This document shows, one piece after another, positions 45,190-56,700 of a stretch of DNA of 64,000 bases; the stretch's first letter is position 1, and each line of letters begins with the position of its first letter. Position numbers and translations under genes: made by a program. Source of the stretch: Neoechinorhynchus agilis (lineage: Eukaryota > Animalia > Acanthocephala); NCBI GenBank assembly GCA_051530055.1, contig CM121342.1, positions 7,572,691-7,636,690 on the forward strand, in the 5' to 3' direction. The notes below the pieces were generated by a model. The model saw nothing but the letters and a program-made list of their open reading frames with translations. It searched no databases and was not told the DNA's origin.

Positions 45190-47090
45190 TTTAGAATTTT
45201 TATATGTAGCGCCAAAGATTTGGGTCTGGGAAGCGCTGGTATGCGCTCAGTGCTCCAAGACCGTACGGTAAATGAGTTTGTAAGAATCCCTCTGGATTCT
45301 CCGATATCTCCCGAGGAGGTGGGACTCAGTGAGTTTCCTCCCTTCAGCAAGCAATTTCGTTCCTTTTGATGTGCGTCTTTGGTGGTAACGGATTTGAACC
45401 CGTTGACCCTTAGCTGGGACTCGGAGCATTAGTCCACTTGACCACCTCAACACACTACGGAATGTACAAACTTCGCCACTTTAGCCTGGATAAGCCTTCG
45501 GATTTTATTAGAATTTTTAAATGTGGCTCAGCCGGTAGTCTTTTGATTAGATATTTTCTTTCCATACACGGCCGAATGGACACCCGCAGTCCACCGATTC
45601 ATTGGTCTGGGAAGCGCTCGTCTGCGCTCAATGCCCCAAGACCGTACGGTAAATGAGTTTGTAAGAATCCCTCTGGATTCTCGATATCTGAAGCGGGACT
45701 CATCAGTGAGTTTCCTCCTTCAGCAAGCAATTTCGTTCCTTTTGATGTGCGTCTTTGGTGGTAACGGATTGAACCCGTTGACCTACTGGGACTCGGAGCA
45801 TTAGTCCACTTGACCACCTCAACACTACGGAATGTACAAATTCGCCACTTTACTGGATAAGCTTCGATTTTTAGAATTTTTAAATGTGGCTCAGCCGGTA
45901 GTCTTTTGATATTTTCTTTCCATACACGCCGAATGGACACCCGCAGTCCACCATCATTGGTCTGGGAAGCGCTCGTCTGCGCTCAATGCCCAAGACCGTA
46001 CGGTAAATGAGTTTGTAAGAATCCCTCTGGATTCTCCGATATCTCCCGAGGAGGCGGGACTCATCAGTGAGTTTCCTCCCTTCAGCAAGCTATTTCGTTC
46101 CTTTTGATGTGTCTTTGGTGGTAACGGATTAGAACCCGTTGACCCTTAGCTGGGACTTGGAGCATTAGTCCACTTGACCACCTCAACATACTACGGAATG
46201 TACAAACTTCGCCACTTTATCCTGGATAAGCTTTCCGATTTTATTAGAATTTTTAAATGTGGCTCAGCCGGTAGTCTTTTGATTAGGTATTTTCTTTCCA
46301 TACACGGCCGAATGGGCACCCGCAGTCCACCTATCCATTGGTCTGGGAAGCGCTCGTCTGCGCTCAATGCCCCAAGACCGTACGGTAAATGAGTTTGTAA
46401 GAATCCCTCTGGATTCTCCGATATCTCCCGAGAAGCCGGGACTCATCAGTGAGTTTCCTCCATTCAGCAAGCAATTTCGTTCCTTTTGATGTGCGTTTTT
46501 GGTGGTAACGGATTTGAACCCGTTGACCCTTAGCTGGGACTCGGAGCATTAGTCCACTTGATCATCTCAAAACACTACGGAATGTACAAAATTCGCCACT
46601 TTATCCTGGATAAGCTTTCCGATTTTATTAGAATTTTTAAATGTGGCTCAGCCGGTAGTCTTTTGATTAGATATTTTCTTTCCATACACGGCCGAATGGG
46701 CACCCGCAGTCCACCTATCCATTGGTCTGGGAAGCGCTCGTCTGCGCTCAACGCTCCAAGACCGTACGGTAAATGAGTTTGTAAGAATCCCTCTGGATTC
46801 TCCGATATCTCCCGAGGAGGCGGGACTCATCAGTGAGTTTCCTCCATTCAGCAAGCAATTTCGTTCCTTTTGATGTGCTTTTTTGGTGGTAACGGATTTG
46901 AACCCGTTGACCCTTAGCTGGGACTCGGAGCATTAGTCCACTTGACCACCTCAACACACTACGGAATGTACAAACTTCGCCACTTTGGCTTGGATGAGCT
47001 TTCCGATTTTTTTAGAATTTTTATATGTGGCTCAGCCGGTAGTCTTTTGGTTAGATATTTTCTTTCCATACACGGCCGAATGGACACCAG
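45190..47090 (-). repeat. Tandem array, about 384-bp unit, 5 copies, each a tRNA-like head plus hammerhead-like module
   Basis: CCGTACGG at 45261, 45642, 45996, 46378, 46762. Box A TGGTCAAGTGG (45434-45444) and box B GGTTCAAATCC (45390-45400). CTGATGA at 45700, 46061, 46443, 46827; it is deleted in the first unit. Confidence 0.92.
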
Positions 47091-47427
47091 CTTTTTTTTG
47101 CAATTAATGTGTTATTTTTCGTTACATTTTATATCCTTGACTTCAAAGAGTATGTGAATTAGCTTTCTTTTGAGAATAAATTATATTCTTAAATTTATAG
47201 CAATATTAATTTTTGTGTTCTATATTAAGCATCTTACAAAAAATATGTTTAGAATCCACCCTTATGGAAATATTTTCTTATCGCAAATCCATAATCGGAA
47301 GGCCCGACAAAACCCAACAAAAATCATTTAGCATTTGCGGAAAAATCCCAAGAACAGTGGTGGTCTTTGATTTGAATGTGGCAAATGAGCATTCAAGGAA
47401 ATCTTACTTGATTTGAAAGGCACTTCT

Positions 47428-49978
47428 TTACAATACATCCCTTAGAGAAATCTCTCTTTCCCTTTCCTCGTCCTCGATATCGTCCAACGGCCTTTTCATT
47501 GATTTCTTTCGATCAATCGACTCCTGACTATCACCTCCAATGCCAGTAACAATCTTTAACGTCCTATTAAATAACCCTCTGGTTTGACCGAACTTTCCCA
47601 TACCCAACTCCTTTGAGACGTTCTCCAAAGTCTTTCCTTGCAAACCCATTCCAATCAATATACCCGATTGAATATCCGTCAACTTTCCTTTCCCTTTACC
47701 GTGACCCTCAAACGAGGTGAAATATTCAAGTGCGACTCGACGAATCAAATCGGTAATCACTCGCCAATCGACGAGATCTTTCCAATATCTTCTTAGCCGT
47801 TCTGTATCTTCATTGTTGAAGCATTGAACATGTTGAACATTGCGTCTTTCGCTTGAGCCACTTCTTAGAATGGATGTACACAGGTCAATATTTAGTTTCG
47901 AGAATAACGACTGCCCAAGAAGATAAGCGAACTTTGACCGAAATTCCAGGTTTAAATCTTCTAACCATCTATCGCCATCGTTGTCAATGTCATCGTCCAG
48001 TTTAACTTTCTTTAGCATTATGCATGAATGCTCAGCAGTGAGATTGCTTAAAGATTGACGTAGATGTACCATCAGGAATCCAGAACGAGTCCAGAAACGA
48101 AGTAGATTTTTCGTTAGACCAAAAGAGGTACCGATGTATTTATAGTGGAATTCGGGTTTGACGAGAGATCGGTGATCAATTAATAGATCGAATTTTATAA
48201 ATGGATCCTGAGTAGAAGTACGCATTGGTTGGTTCATCGAAGTGAGTAGAAGGATTGAGGAGACAAGGGCGGAACTAGTGATTTTGTGTGAAAAAATCAG
48301 TACTCATTTGTATGTGGACAAAATGATCCGATCTGCTCGCTTCACTTAATGCGTAAAATTCGTTCAATCGCTTCACAAGCTCAGTGCCATATCCGAGTGA
48401 CTGAGCTGTGAAGCTTGTGGCGATTCGGACAATCCTAATGCCTTTTCCAACTTCAATACCAGGATACATGTTCTTCATAACGGAGGGAATGAGATTTCCA
48501 GCTCCGGTACTTTCAGAACCTCCATCCTCATAGGCAACCTGAGCAACTGAAAATATCTCATTCGCGTTGTTTCTTTTCATTAGCAAAAATATATGATGGG
48601 TTTTAAGATCAGCCATAAGTTCAATATCATTGGGACTATGTCGGTAATGTGACTGAATGAATATTTTCATTATCGAAAAAATCAGCCGATCATGGCTTCC
48701 ATTAAAAGCGACCGATTTGTTCAGATACGCAAACTCTGTTTCATTTGGGATTGGATAAGAACTCAAGCGCTCTTCGTGGTCGTTTTGGTCATCTAACGAA
48801 ATCATAGGGCTGCATAGAACAGCTTCACTGAGCCACAACTCAACGGGGTCGTTTTCAGCGTACCGAATCGGTTCGTGGATAACATGACGAATCACCACAC
48901 GACCAGTGGACTCTATTTGACTCAAAAGGCGAAGAGAGAAAGTATTCCCGGTTCCTTCGTACCCATTCGTAGTAGTCGCCATTAGAATTGGACAAGAAAT
49001 TCCTGTAATATTAATGAGAGGTTGCAAATTTGTAACAGGCAACGAGGCAGCTTCATCGATAACGAGAAGGTCGCAACTCATTCGAGTTGGGCGTAAAGGA
49101 TTCAAATATTCAATGAAACTTTGATTCCCATCATTGTCGACTCTAACGCTACTTACCTCGCTATTTATCGTGGTTTCACTTTTGAACGGAATAGATTCAG
49201 ATGTGAGAGTCTTCATCAGAAATTCAAATACAGTTTTCGTGGCTAAAAGTGAAGGTCCACACAATACGATAAATCGATTTTTAGAAGCCTGATTAGCAAT
49301 AAGACGACCGATAGCGATTCCGAGAAGAGCACTTTTTCCACGACCACGACCTGCACCTATAAATTGAATATCTCGATTCTTTTCTTCGATCATCAAATTG
49401 GAAATTATTGCTTTAAGCACTTTAGCTTGTTCTTTAGTAGCACACTCATTGTCGTCTTTAGGTTTCCTGTGCTTACGGACATCCGTAAGACATTCAATTT
49501 TTTGTTCGATCGTATCATCAACAACTACACACGAACCGGATCTAGTGAGTGCGATTTGTTTGAGTCGTTCGGTATAGACGGATTTGGATTGGAATTGGAC
49601 GAGAACAACTCCTCCTCGTTTGACGCATTCAACCGACTGAGCGAGTGTGTTTGCAAACGGATGTGAGTTCAGGTGAGCACCCCGTAAATCAGTCACAAAA
49701 ACAGCGTCAAATGTTTGACCAAGGATTTTCGAAGCGAAATTTAAGGAGCCATACGACCTAAACGTTATTTTGACTTTTGAACACCTCTTTTGATTTTCCG
49801 TTTGTTTTTTAGAACTTCTACGGCTGTGGCACCAAAGAAGAGATGGTGTCGAAGATTCTTGTGAGATTATCGATAAAACGCAATCACTGCAGCCATCAAG
49901 TAGTTCAGAAGAGAAGCAAAGGATGAGCTTGCGAGCAAGTGAATTGTTCGTAAGAAGGTGTCCTATTGCTTGTTCCAT
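47428..49978 (-). CDS. NAT10: RNA cytidine acetyltransferase NAT10/Kre33, divergent; two ORFs with an unresolved junction at about 48240-48300
   Basis: GRGRGKSALLG, LLVIDEAA, TTNGYEGTG, EPIRYAENDPVELWL, HYRHSPND, IVRIAT..QSLGYG, YIGTSFGLT..LRFW..GF, LTAEHSCIMLK. Confidence 0.92.
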
Positions 49979-50029
49979 ATATGTATGAAACAAGAAAAAG
50001 TCGGAATGCTGATATGGTCAAAATCTTTT

Positions 50030-52270
50030 TTATAAAAATCCCAAGTCTCTACGATGAGTTTTAAAAATCATTTCAATGTATGTGTGAAATTCGAACTGAA
50101 AGTTTGCAATGAAAACGTTAAGGTTTTGCTCGCAAACCCGTGAATCTGAGTTTTAAATTTTTGACAAATTTTTCACTTTTTAAAGGGGAGGAGGAAAGCA
50201 ACAATTTATCATTTCTCTGCTATTTTAAAAGATCTTTTTTTGTTGTTTTTTCTCAAGATTTCCTTTAAAAGGATTTTTCAAAGCGAAAATCATAAATTTT
50301 TACGATGAGTGCAAAAGATTATTTCAATGAATTTGTGAAATTCGAGATGCGACCTAAAAGTTTACAATGTGAGTTTTAAATTTTTGACAATTTTTTAATT
50401 TTTTAAAGGGGAGCAGGAAAGCAACAATTTAACAATACTCTACGATTTGAAAAGATTTTTTTTGTTTTCCAAGCGAAAATCATAAATTTCTACGATGAGT
50501 TTTAAAAATCATTTCAATGTATGTGTGAAATTCGAACTGAAAGTTTGCAATGAAAACGTTAAGGTTTTGCTCGCAAACCCGTGAATCTGAGTTTTAAATT
50601 TTTGACAAATTTTTCACTTTTTAAAGGGGAGGAGGAAAGCAACAATTTATCATTTCTCTGCTATTTTAAAAGATCTTTTTTTGTTGTTTTTTCTCAAGAT
50701 TTCCTTTAAAAGGATTTTTCAAAGCGAAAATCATAAATTTCTACGATGAGTGCAAAAGATTATTTCAATGAATTTGTGAAATTCGAGATGCGACCTAAAA
50801 GTTTACAATGTGAGTTTTAAATTTTTGACAATTTTTTAATTTTTTAAAGGGGAGCAGGAAAGCAACAATTTAACAATACTCTACGATTTGAAAAGATTTT
50901 TTTGTTTTCCAAGCGAAAATCATAAATTTCTACGATGAGTTTTAAAAATCATTTCAATGTATGTGTGAAATTCGAACTGAAAGTTTGCAATGAAAACGTT
51001 AAGGTTTTGCTCGCAAACCCGTGAATCTGAGTTTTAAATTTTGACAAATTTTTCACTTTTTAAAGGGGAGGAGGAAAGCAAAAATTTATCATTTCTCTGC
51101 TATTTTAAAAGATCTTTTTTTGTTGTTTTTCTCAAGATTTCCTTTAAAAGGATTTTTCAAAGCGAAAATCATAAATTTTTACGATGAGTGCAAAAGATTA
51201 TTTCAATGAATTTGTGAAATTCGAGATGCGACCTAAAAGTTTACAATGTGAGTTTTAAATTTTTGACAATTTTTTAATTTTTTAAAGGGGAGCAGGAAAG
51301 CAACAATTTAACAATACTCTACGATTTGAAAAGATTTTTTTTCCAAGCGAAAATCATAAATTTCTACGATGAGTTTTAAAAATCATTTCAATGTATGTGT
51401 GAAATTCGAACTGAAAGTTTGCAATGAAAACGTTAAGGTTTTGCTCGCAAACCCGTGAATCTGAGTTTTAAATTTTTGACAAATTTTTCACTTTTTAAAG
51501 GGGAGGAGGAAAGCAAAAATTTATCATTTCTCTGCTATTTTAAAAGATCTTTTTTTGTTGTTTTTTCTCAAGATTTCCTTTAAAAGGATTTTTCAAAGCG
51601 AAAATCATAAATTTCTACGATGAGTGCAAAAGATTATTTCAATGAATTTGTGAAATTCGAGATGCGACCTAAAAGTTTACAATGTGAGTTTTAAATTTTT
51701 GACAATTTTTTAATTTTTTAAAGGGGAGCAGGAAAGCAACAATTTAACAATACTTTACGATTTGAAAAGATTTTTTTCCAAGCGAAAATCATAAATTTCT
51801 ACGATGAGTTTTAAAAATCATTTCAATGTATGTGTGAAATTCGAACTGAAAGTTTGCAATGAAAACGTTAAGGTTTTGCTCGCAAACCCGTGAATCTGAG
51901 TTTTAAATTTTTGACTAATTTTTCACTTTTTAAAGGGGAGGAGGAAAGCAACAATTTATCATTTCTCTGCTATTTTAAAAGATCTTTTTTTTGTTGTTTT
52001 TTCTCAAGATTTCCTTTAAAAGGATTTTTCAAAGCGAAAATCATAAATTTCTACGATGAGTGCAAAAGATTATTTCAATGAATTTGTGAAATTCGAGATG
52101 CGACCTAAAAGTTTACAATGTGAGTTTTAAATTTTTGACAATTTTTTAATTTTTTAAAGGGGAGCAGGAAAGCAACAATTTAACAATACTCTACGATTTG
52201 AAAAGATTTTTTTTCCAAGCGAAAATCATAAATTTCTACGATGAGTTATAAAAATTATTTCAATGAATTT
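50030..52270. repeat. Satellite, 434-441 bp dimeric unit (about 250 + 190 bp related subunits), 5 copies
   Basis: CTACGATGAGTT at 50049, 50490, 50930, 51364, 51799, 52236; the second subunit starts TACGATGAGTGC (about 50300). Confidence 0.95.
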
Positions 52271-53450
52271 GTGAAATTCGAGTAAAACACTTAAACAGTT
52301 CCTGAATTCGACTCAAAAATCCATCAGTATTTCGCATGAATGGAAAAAAGGTCAAAAAGTGAAGAAAAGCTTAACGTTTTCATGAGTTGATTGAATTTAC
52401 CCTCAAAATTTTTAATGTAAAGTAATCATTACGTTTATTTTTCCTTTTACAATAATAAAGTACAAAACGTGCAATCACCACCGTCCGCAAAATTGGAGCT
52501 TTTCTCCTTCTTCGGCTGTCGCTATCACGCTAGCGGCATTGCCTCGTTACGAGCAAAACAATTGGGATGATATATATCCACGAGAAAATGCAGAAAGCAT
52601 AAGACTCTGCTTGTATAAATTCCATTTGTAAATGATAGCGACAGCCGGGGAAGCAGAGAAGCTAAGATTTCGCTGACGGTGGTGATTGCACGTTTCATGC
52701 TTTATTATTGTAAGATTTATTAGATTCCCTAAAAAATAGAGATTATGCAAATTTTATGCGTCACTCGGAAGAATCGCGATTGATGACGTCGAGGAGCATT
52801 GAATATGAATGCGATTGGAAGCGAAGAAATCGTTTTTTCCCACGGTTTTCTTGTCCGTAGTTTCTGCTTGAGAGACATTTTTATTAAAAAGTCTATCTTA
52901 AGATTCGTTATAGGTTTGGTGCGTTATAAACGCTTAAAGCGGTTCCTGATTTTGTATGTGGCGATGAGGAAAAAGTATATCAAAGGAAATTGAAATATTT
53001 CGTCCAATCACACTGGAATTCTTCAGTCAATTATCTGAAAATTAATTTGGCAACCTCAATGTCTTATCCGGAGGTATTCTCAACTTTAGGGAATATCCCT
53101 GAATGAACATGGCCTCGATAATAACACGGTCCGTAGTCAAAGAGTGGGAAACCACAGTGGAACTCGTGTCCTGTTTCTTCTTCCTGATTTTTCCTTAGTG
53201 ACTGAATTTCGATGTTGAACGAATTTGGGCGAGAAAAAATTTCTTTTTGGTGGTCATTTAGGCTATAATCAGCGAAAGAGTGCGTGTTGAAGTGTTCATT
53301 CGCCCAGGGTTGAAAGATACTTTCAATAATTTTGCCACAATTTATTTCAAAAATTTGCAAACAATTGACTGAAGAAAGCCAACGAAAAGGCCGAAAATTT
53401 TCAAGATAAATCTATTTTCTTAATCAAACATCGCTAATTGAAACTGAAAC

Positions 53451-53571
53451 TATATTTCACCTCTCGGAAAATTCCGACATTTCCTCAAGGTTTGTCATTG
53501 TTTATAAAAGTTCTCCGAAAATAATGACAAACCTTGAGGAAATGTCGGAATTTTCCGAGAGGTGAAATATA
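53451..53571. repeat. Perfect 49-bp inverted repeat with 23-nt spacer
   Basis: 53451-53499 is the exact reverse complement of 53523-53571. Confidence 0.97.
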
Positions 53572-53788
53572 TCGGGGAAATATAGATTAGTGAATTTTTG
53601 AATCCGAGAAGCACCAAATCAATGCCAATATCGATGAAAGTTTTTTGCTCGCCATTTCCACCATCGATAAATGCGATTAAAGCCCTTTTATGGCGCAATT
53701 CTATTCATTTTTGCTACAAATCGAAATTCAACAAAATTCGTTTAGGTTTTTTAATCGCGTTATTTTTCGCTTTCAGATCACTAATTGA

Positions 53789-56700
53789 ATGCAGTCTGTG
53801 CCGACTAAAGTTGCTGATCCTGAAAAGTTTGCGATTGGATCTTCTAATCGGCGTTCAATATTCTCACCTTTAACCTACGGCGATTATGCGCTGCTGGAAT
53901 CACGACGGCGCCAATCCATCCTTGAGTACCAACACGATTGGAGCGTTGAAATCGAGAAAAAGGTTGACGAATCTCATCAGCTATTTATTAGCAATTTGGA
54001 TCATTTCTATAGAAAAGGTAAGTCTTTTAAATGTAATCTTTTGGGGTTTTAAGTGTTTTTAGTTAAATCTGAAATTATGGCATATCAGAGTTTACGCGGT
54101 CTGTTTCCTTCTTATCAAGAACCGGAGCCGAATGCATCTCTCGTCCGGGATAATATATTCTGCGCTGCTGCTGTCTGGTCCCTAAGGCAATGTTACATGT
54201 GAGTCAATTTTTATTCTCATCCATAACGTTTGTGATGTACCCTTTAAAAATTGAAATTTTAAACATTTTTTTTAGTTTTTATCATCCTTGGGGGGGGAGC
54301 GCGGAAATGTGGTGGAACCAACATATTTTATTGAACTTTTTTGCTCGCAAACAATGATTAGGCGAGTATTACTAGCGAAATAATATCCTTTAAAGATTTT
54401 AGGCGTTTAATACTTATGCTTGTAACAATTTTAATAGTGATGCTTGGAAACATTCGTTCTTTGAAGGAAGTTTGAGCAGATTTAAAATACTTGCGGCGTT
54501 TATAAAAAAAAGTTACGGGTGAAATTTGATAAAAAAAATCGCAAAATCCTTCGCGATGGTCAATTCTCTTTTCCTTGCCTCATTCGTTTGAGTGCGATCG
54601 CTTCCATATTTTGCTTTCAGCTCGTAAACTAAATTTTTACTTAAGTTAAAACGGATAAAATTGTGATGATAAAAAAGAAGAGTATTTGAAGTGATCATTC
54701 GTACATGGCTGATTATTTTCCTTAGGCATAAATAATCACTTAAAAAATGTAGCAGATAAAATTAAAAAGAAGGTTTGAGAAACAATAAGAAGAGAACGTC
54801 ATATGATGAAAATAAAATCAATTTACAGTAGACTGACGAGCAATATTTGTAAATATTTCTTTTTAACCTTATCTAAGAAAACGTTAATTTTTTAGCGAAT
54901 TATATTAATTGATTTGTTAATTTGATAATTTTCAGCCTACGGGAAGACCGAAAATTATCAGATGAACATCTTTACCAAAACATTTATTTCTAGAGCTAAT
55001 TTTTGATAAAAGACAGGAAATAATCGATTAAGAGACAAGGATATTTTTTTAATAATTGTCTGCAAAAGTAAGACAACTTACCATCTTTTAAACAATTGTT
55101 AGGAAAAACGTCTATTTTCTCATTTTTAGAAATTTAATTTTTTTATAGTCGACAAAAACACATTTGGATCCTTTAAATTTTGCTATAAAAAAACTGTATT
55201 CATTGGAAAAACGAAAATTATTCGTCATTTTCCTTCGTGAAGTTTTTGTTAAAATTTTAGTCACATTGATGATGATGGTGGAAGGACTTATGAGTTGGGA
55301 CAATGTGCAGTCAAGTGCATGAGAGCGATTTTGTTTTGCTGGATGAAACAATCTGAAAAGGTGGAGTTTGATTTAAGTTGACCGTTAATGGTGAATTTCC
55401 TGCAGGTAGAAAAATTTAAATTGGATCAATCACCTGAGTATGCGTTGCACTCGAAATTCTCAATACAGATCAGCTAATCTCAATTTTAGTGATCAAAATC
55501 ATTAAGCTGTTGTTTGTTTTTTAAACAAAAGTTAAAGCATTAAATTCTCCCGGTCGTTAACGCCTTGAAAGTCTTAGCCAAAGTTCTTTTATTTAGAAAA
55601 AATAAACTCATTTTAAATCTTTGTTTCAAAATCGAGATTATCTGCTGTAGATGGAAATGAAATAGTTAGCCACAAGGAATATGGTCATCTCCAAATTTAC
55701 AACATTTCTTTATACCTGATATTCCTGGCTCAAATGATAACATCCGGTCTTCAAATAATCTATTCGGCTGATGAGGTAGCATTCATTCAGCAGTTAGTAT
55801 TTTACGTCGAGCGAGCTTATCGAACGGCTGATTATGGTTTTTGGGGACGAGGATCAAAGTATAACAATTTCCAATGCGAAATGAATTCTAGTTCTATTGG
55901 AGCAGCGAAGGCAGCTCTTGAAATTCTGAACGGATTCTCGCTATACGGTGATGCTCTTTCATCTCCTCGATCGGTTATTTATGTTGACATTGATGCATAC
56001 AATCGAAATCGAAGCACATTCGATACACTTTTACCAAGAGAATCGGCTTCGAAGAATACGGACGCTGCTCTTCTATTTACCATTTCATGGCCAGTTTTTG
56101 CAGTCCATAATGAGGAACTTGTGAACAAGACCATGTACAAATGTAAGAGCGTTGAAACGGGCGGCATTTTTGCCTCTTGTAATGAATTCTAATTTTGTAG
56201 AATCATTTAGTCTGCCATCTGAGATTTATCTAGCCCGTTATTTTTGCCACGTCGGAAACGACCAAAGATTTGTGGGTTTTTATAAGCTGAAGAGTTAGAA
56301 AAAAGTCTAGCTGGTCTAAACCTACATTTTTTGCCTAAATGCGTTGTCGAAATACTTGTGCTTAGAACCGAAGGGCTCCTTAACCATAATCATTTCAGTT
56401 TGTTTATTTGTACTCTTCATCGACAGTACCTTGAAGGTACTTATTTACAGGAAAATAAGAAGTCCTAGGTTAATGAATTGTTCATCAATTTATTATGCAA
56501 TATTAAAAATACGATTGTCGTTGTTGTTGTTTTAAATTTTAGTCTTTCATATTTGCATTAGGTTCCACAGGTCTTACGTTTTTGATTCTGCATTATTGGT
56601 CAAGAGGCACTTTTTTCTTTTGAGAATTCTCTTTACATGCATCCATTTTAATGCAATAAAAGAAAACTGCAAGGTCAATATGGATTTAAGCGGTACTTAC

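Noticed and set aside
45405-45436. Twister-like words (UAAUGC, UCCC, AGGG) in the SINE head
   Set aside because: The P2' and P4' strands needed for the twister fold are missing.
45390-45451. tRNA gene call for the array and SINE heads
   Set aside because: Boxes A/B and a T-arm are present, but the acceptor stem and anticodon arm do not form a cloverleaf; treated as a tRNA-derived SINE head.
45660-46010. Shorter (354 bp) array unit with many single-base deletions
   Set aside because: The pattern is typical of long-read consensus error in a repeat; not interpreted biologically.
45057-47157. Repeated 60-110 aa ORFs in the 384-bp array, and similar short or antisense ORFs inside hsp70, the EVE, tropomyosin and other satellites
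   Set aside because: By-products of repeats or antisense shadows of real CDS; many start at non-ATG codons and have no motifs.
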